Shown here one piece after another: positions 59,860 to 64,000 of a stretch of 64,000 nucleotides of DNA. Position 1 is the first letter of the stretch. Each line of letters starts with the position of its first letter. Below the pieces are notes generated by a model that worked only from the letters and a program-made list of their open reading frames with translations, ran no database searches and was not told where the DNA came from. The position numbers and the translations under genes were made by a program. Location of the stretch: assembly GCA_963832165.1 (NCBI GenBank), contig CAWHTE010000004.1:128001-192000 (forward strand), given 5' to 3'. Origin of the DNA: an uncultured delta proteobacterium (GTDB taxonomy: Bacteria; Myxococcota_A; UBA9160; SMWR01).

Positions 59860-60290
59860 ATCCCGGGCATCCCGGGCTCAACGGGGCGCCGGCCGGGGTA
59901 TCCGAGGCGGCGGGGTCTTCCCGGGCCTCCGTCGGGGCGGCCCAGTTTGGGTTGGCGGAGTGGCTTTTTCTTTCCCGACATGCTGCAAGGCATGTGGTTG
60001 GCCATTGACGGTGGGATCTACCCGTGTCACCCGGCCGATCCGTTCGAAAATCGACCGGAATGCGCCCGTCTCATTCTCCGCGCATTTATGTGGAAGCTCC
60101 CGGGTCCGGGAAGTACTTCCCCCGCGCCATGAATTTCGGTGGGGTACGGCTCCGCGCCGCTGGCGGCTATTCGCCGCGGATCGGGGTCGTGCTCCCCGAA
60201 CTCTGCCCGATTCCACCGTCGCCGAAGGGCGGTCACGGCCTTTCGCGGCCGGATGATTTCGGCGGCGGAACCGAGACCTCGGTCTCCTTG
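59860..60290. ncRNA. Candidate large structured RNA or non-autonomous element of unknown family
   Basis: ~600-bp gap between convergent genes containing a 12-bp long-range stem, a 14-bp stem with four G-U pairs and several hairpins; strand unresolved. Confidence 0.4.
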
Positions 60291-60316
60291 CACCGCGTGC
60301 CGCGACCGTCGAAGTC

Positions 60317-60344
60317 AGTGTACTCCGATGCATCGAGCTTGCAA
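60317..60344 (-). promoter_or_regulatory. Sigma-70-like promoter pointing into the structured region
   Basis: Minus strand TTGCAA-N16-TACACT with an AT-rich upstream tract. Confidence 0.5.
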
Positions 60345-60419
60345 TCGAAATATTCGCGAAATGCACCGCGCGCAGGGTGTGCGGATGCAACGCGAGCGGA
60401 ACTTTGCGGGGAGCGGCTG

Positions 60420-62123
60420 CTACGAGCTCCCGGAGACGTCGAACGGAACCGCACCGCGCCCGCGCAGGGCGTTCTTGAGCAGCTTGCCGGCCGGATTGCG
60501 CGGCAGCAGGTCGTCCGTGAACTCGACGAACTCCGGCACCTTGAAGCTCGCGAGATGTGCCGCGACGTGCGCGCGCACGGCTGCTTCGCCGAGCGCGGAT
60601 CCCGGCACGCGGCGCACGATCGCCTTCACGCGTTCGCCTAGCTCGGTGTCGGGCACGCCGACCACCGCCGCTTCGTCGATCTCCGGATGATCGGCGAGGC
60701 AGTTCTCGATCTCGGTGCAGTACACGTTCTCGCCGCCGCGGATGATCATGTCCTTCGCGCGGTCGACTACGAAGTAGAAACCCTCGGTGTCGCGGTAGCC
60801 GAGATCGCCGGTGTGGAGCCAGCCGTCGCGGACCGCATCTGCGGTGGCGTCGGCGCGGTTCCAATAGCCGGGCGTGATCGTCGGACCGTAGATCAGGAGC
60901 TCGCCGAGCTGGCCGTCGGGCAGCTCCTTGCCATCGGAGTCGATGATCTTCATGTCGAGGATCGGCAGCGGCCGGCCGATCGACGTCTTGCGCTGGAGCA
61001 GGTCCTTGCCGCCGTTGACCGTGGCCACGCCGTGCGTCTCGGTGAGACCGTAGGCGTTCGCGAAGCTCGGCTCGATCGGCAGCACCTCGCGCGCGCGGTC
61101 GATCGTCTCGGGCGGTGTCGGCGCGCCGCCGAACGAGATCCCGCGCAGCGAGGAGAGGTCGTAGTCGCGAACCTTCGGGTGGTGCACCACGCGGTGCAAC
61201 ATGGTCGGGATCGCGCCCCAGATCGAGATCTTCTCGTCCTGGATCAGCTGCAGCACCTCCTCGGCGTCGAACCGGCCGCGGTTGAACACGAGCTTCGAGC
61301 CGATCGTCATCTGCGTACACACGATCGAGTGCAGTCCGCCGACGTGGAAGAGCGGCGACGTGAACAGCGCCGCGGGCTGCGTGCCGCTCGGCGGCAGGAG
61401 CGATCCGCCCGACAAGGCCGCGTTCACGATGTTCGCGAACAGGATCCCGGTAACCTGCGCGATCGTGCCGCGATGGGTCGTGATGCAGCCCTTCGAGCGC
61501 CCCGTGGTGCCCGAGGTGTAGAGGATCACGAACGGATCGTCCTCGTCGATCGCGATCGTGGGCGGCGTGTCGCTCGGCTCGATCAGCTCGTCGATCGGCA
61601 CGGTGCCCGACGGCGCGTGCTCGCCGATGTAGAACACCGTCTCGAGTCCGGAGATCCGGCCGAGCAGCGGCTCGACGCGCGGATACAGGCGTTCGTCGAC
61701 CACGAGGAATCGGCTGCCCGAATCGACGAGCCCGTATTCGAGCTCCTCGGTGGCCCACCATCCGTTGAGACCGACCGCGATGCCGCCCGCAGAGGTGGCA
61801 CCGAACAGTGCGATCATCCAGTCGGGGCAGTTGTAGGACAGGATGGCGACGCGGTCGCCCTTGGCCATGCCGTGGTCGCGCGCGAGCGCGTGGGCGGCGC
61901 CCCAGACGCGGCGCCCGAAATCGCCGTAGGTGAACCGCCGCTCTCCTTGAACGAGGAAGTCGACGTCGCCGCGCGCTGCGGCCGCTGCGACCTTCTCGCG
62001 CAGCGAGCGCTCGCGATTCTTGAACATCTTCATCGCGCGGCCGCGCACGGTCTCCGTGATCACTTCGAACGGGGCACCCGGTCCCGTGAGGCCGCGGACC
62101 ACATCTTCGTAGCGCTGTGTCAT
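60420..62123 (-). CDS. Acyl-CoA synthetase (class I adenylate-forming enzyme)
   Basis: YTSGTTGRSKG, AYGLTE, GWLHTGDLG, DRAKDMIIRGGENV, PRNPAGK. Confidence 0.94.
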   Translation of the reverse strand: MTQRYEDVVRGLTGPGAPFEVITETVRGRAMKMFKNRERSLREKVAAAAARGDVDFLVQGERRFTYGDFGRRVWGAAHALARDHGMAKGDRVAILSYNCPDWMIALFGATSAGGIAVGLNGWWATEELEYGLVDSGSRFLVVDERLYPRVEPLLGRISGLETVFYIGEHAPSGTVPIDELIEPSDTPPTIAIDEDDPFVILYTSGTTGRSKGCITTHRGTIAQVTGILFANIVNAALSGGSLLPPSGTQPAALFTSPLFHVGGLHSIVCTQMTIGSKLVFNRGRFDAEEVLQLIQDEKISIWGAIPTMLHRVVHHPKVRDYDLSSLRGISFGGAPTPPETIDRAREVLPIEPSFANAYGLTETHGVATVNGGKDLLQRKTSIGRPLPILDMKIIDSDGKELPDGQLGELLIYGPTITPGYWNRADATADAVRDGWLHTGDLGYRDTEGFYFVVDRAKDMIIRGGENVYCTEIENCLADHPEIDEAAVVGVPDTELGERVKAIVRRVPGSALGEAAVRAHVAAHLASFKVPEFVEFTDDLLPRNPAGKLLKNALRGRGAVPFDVSGSS

Positions 62124-62184
62124 GAGCTCCTCGCCGTGCGACGCGGAACCACGCTACCACGGGCCGGTGAGCGGCCGCGATGCT

Positions 62185-62673
62185 TCAGGCGCCCTGCGGC
62201 GAGGGGCGCGCGCGGCGGCGCAGGTAGGCGAGCCCCGCGAGCGCGACGGAGGCGCCGGCGGTGTCGAGCACGACGTCGGACGCCGCTCCCGTGCGGGTGG
62301 ACGTCTGCGCCTGGCGCAGCTCGTCGAGCCCCGCGATCGCGATGGCCATCGCGAGCGCCACGGCCGCGCCGCGCATCAACCCCGAGACACCCGACAAGAG
62401 GGCGGCGCGGAACGCGAGCGCCGCGAGCACTGCGTACACGGACGGGTGCGCGAACTTCCGGAGGTTCATCGCGAGTGCGAAATGCTGCTCGGGGGAGCCG
62501 GTCGGCCACAGCCACTGGATCATCGGCAGGAGATAGGCCGACGTAGCCCCCGCGCCGAACGCATCGCTACCGAGCCACCACACGATCACGGCCCAGACCG
62601 CGACGAGCAGCCACGCGAGGGCTACGCGCTCGGGCGGCGCTTCGGTGCCGGGCATGGATTGCACATCGGACAT
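62185..62673 (-). CDS. VanZ-like membrane protein
   Basis: LRKFAH, DELRQ, RTG...DVVLDTAG; TM helices. Confidence 0.82.
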   Translation of the reverse strand: MSDVQSMPGTEAPPERVALAWLLVAVWAVIVWWLGSDAFGAGATSAYLLPMIQWLWPTGSPEQHFALAMNLRKFAHPSVYAVLAALAFRAALLSGVSGLMRGAAVALAMAIAIAGLDELRQAQTSTRTGAASDVVLDTAGASVALAGLAYLRRRARPSPQGA

Positions 62674-62731
62674 GGGCGATCCGACCTTAGCGCCCGCCGG
62701 GGGGTGGGGTCGGGAGCGGTATCCTGCCGCC

Positions 62732-63733
62732 GTGACGGCCCTCCGCTTCGGTCTCGTGTTCGATCTGCTCGGAACGCATCCGCCGAGACCGGCTGCGCCC
62801 GCGGATCTCGATGCCGAGTACGAGCCCGAGGCGACCGTCGAGCTGCTCGAGGACTCGGTGCGCCGGCTCGGACACGTTCCGGTGCGACTCGGCAATCCGC
62901 ACGCGCTGCTCGCGACGCTGGGCAAGGGCGAGCTTCCGCCGCTCGATGTCGCGCTCTCGATCGCGGAGGGATACGGCAGCCGCAACCGCGAAGCGTGGGC
63001 GCCTGCGCTGCTCGAGATGGCGGGTGTTCCCTGTCTCGGATCCGATGGGCTCTGTCTCTCCGCGTCGCTCGACAAGGCGTGGGCACATCGGCTCGTCGCA
63101 GCGGCCGGCGTGCCGGTGCCGGATCCGCGCGTCGTCGTCTCGGCCGCTCTCGAACGCGGCGCGTGGGAGTTCCCCGTGTTCGTGAAGCCGAGATGGGAGG
63201 GCAGCGCGAAGGGGATCGGCCCTCACTCGCGCGCCGACGATCTGGCGTCGCTCGCGCGCGCCGTGTCGCGCATCGAGCGCGACTACGATCAGCCTGCGCT
63301 CGTCGAACGATTCCTGCCCGGCGCCGAGTACACGGTGGCCGTGGTCGGACACGCGCCGCCACGCGCACTGCCGGCGCTCCAGCGCGCGCTCGAGCCGACC
63401 ACCGGGATCGGCCTGCACGCGGTCGAGCGGCATCCGGCGCCCGCGGGAGGCTGGCGCTCGCACACGCCCGGCGCGCTCGACGCCGCACTCGAGAGCGAGC
63501 TGGCTCGACTCGCGGTGCTCGCGTTCGAGGCGCTCGAATGCCGCGACTTCGCGCGCGCGGACTTCCGCCTCGACGCCGCGGGCCGCCCCCATTTCCTCGA
63601 GATCAATCCGCTGCCGACGTTCGCGCCAGACGGCTCGTTCGCGATCCTGGCCGAGCTCGCGGGCCGCGAGCCGGCGGAGCTGATCGCGGAGGTTCTCGCG
63701 GAGGGGCTGCGGCGCCTGGGGCTCGACCGATGA
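62732..63733 (+). CDS. D-Ala-D-Ala ligase-like ATP-grasp protein
   Basis: AEGYGSRNRE, SLDK, VKPRWEGSAKGI, ERFLPGAEYTV, RADFR, LEINPLP. Confidence 0.85.
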   Translation: MTALRFGLVFDLLGTHPPRPAAPADLDAEYEPEATVELLEDSVRRLGHVPVRLGNPHALLATLGKGELPPLDVALSIAEGYGSRNREAWAPALLEMAGVPCLGSDGLCLSASLDKAWAHRLVAAAGVPVPDPRVVVSAALERGAWEFPVFVKPRWEGSAKGIGPHSRADDLASLARAVSRIERDYDQPALVERFLPGAEYTVAVVGHAPPRALPALQRALEPTTGIGLHAVERHPAPAGGWRSHTPGALDAALESELARLAVLAFEALECRDFARADFRLDAAGRPHFLEINPLPTFAPDGSFAILAELAGREPAELIAEVLAEGLRRLGLDR

Positions 63734-64000
63734 GCGCGCACGCGGGAGCCGCGCCGCTGCGTGCGAGCGCGGACTGGTACGACTGGACCTGGCAGATGCG
63801 CAACCGCGTCCGCACCGCGGATGAGCTCGAGCGCTTCCTCGAGCCCACGGCCGAGGAGCGCGCGGGCATCGAGCAGCTCGCGGAGCGCTTCCACTTCGTG
63901 ATCACGCCGTACTACGCGTCGCTGATGGATCCCGGCGATCCCGCGTGCCCGATCCGCCGCCAGGTCGTTCCGCACGTCGCCGAGCTCGGCGATCCGGCCG
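63730..64000 (+). CDS. KamA-family radical SAM aminomutase, N-terminus (truncated by window edge)
   Basis: ATG overlaps ligase stop; WYDWTWQMRNRV...ITPYYASLMDP.DP.CPIRRQVVP. Confidence 0.85.
   Translation, partial: MSAHAGAAPLRASADWYDWTWQMRNRVRTADELERFLEPTAEERAGIEQLAERFHFVITPYYASLMDPGDPACPIRRQVVPHVAELGDPA

Noticed and set aside
59799..60005. 68-aa minus-strand ORF (MANHMPC...) in the structured gap
   Set aside because: No recognisable motif or clear RBS, and it overlaps the upstream gene end; not excluded, but unsupported
60130..60156. Minus-strand GAGCCGTAC as group II intron domain V, or the region as a retron msr-msd
   Set aside because: The domain V hairpin does not close, and there is no reverse transcriptase in the window

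Overview
High-GC (~70%) bacterial chromosomal window. Gene content suggests a Myxococcota/deltaproteobacterial lineage (inference). It is mostly housekeeping: argS(3')-SPOR-rfbD-uxs-lepA-lepB, a pyrR-pyrB-pyrC-carA-carB operon, recG, a short leuA, a glycosyl-/methyltransferase cluster, hppA, alaC-like-hom-thrC-ribE, rpoZ, a PilT-family ATPase, amidase-rph-rdgB, and a Ddl-like/KamA pair at the right edge. I found no tRNA, rRNA, CRISPR, transposase or integrase. At least six genes, including the core pyrimidine/arginine gene carB, carry single frameshifts, most likely assembly indels. The most interesting signals are non-coding or tiny and are missing from the ORF track. (1) A self-contained unit at 45.6-46.0 kb: promoter, ~170-nt multi-branched structured leader, 28-aa K/R/A peptide, terminator. 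It lies back-to-back with a 30-aa bS22-like peptide and close to an orphan KhpA. (2) Two long, densely base-paired intergenic regions at 40.3-40.55 kb and 59.85-60.3 kb that look like unannotated structured RNAs. (3) A leucine attenuator in front of a LeuA lacking its regulatory domain. (4) A PyrR-binding loop overlapping the likely pyrR ribosome-binding site. (5) A dispersed short palindromic repeat family plus a GTAG-type REP pair. Protein-level oddities are a His-less pseudo-histidine kinase next to PilT, a 3x5 FG-GAP-repeat PEP-CTERM protein, and an apparent RdgB-histidine phosphatase fusion. All folds were read by eye; no searches were run.
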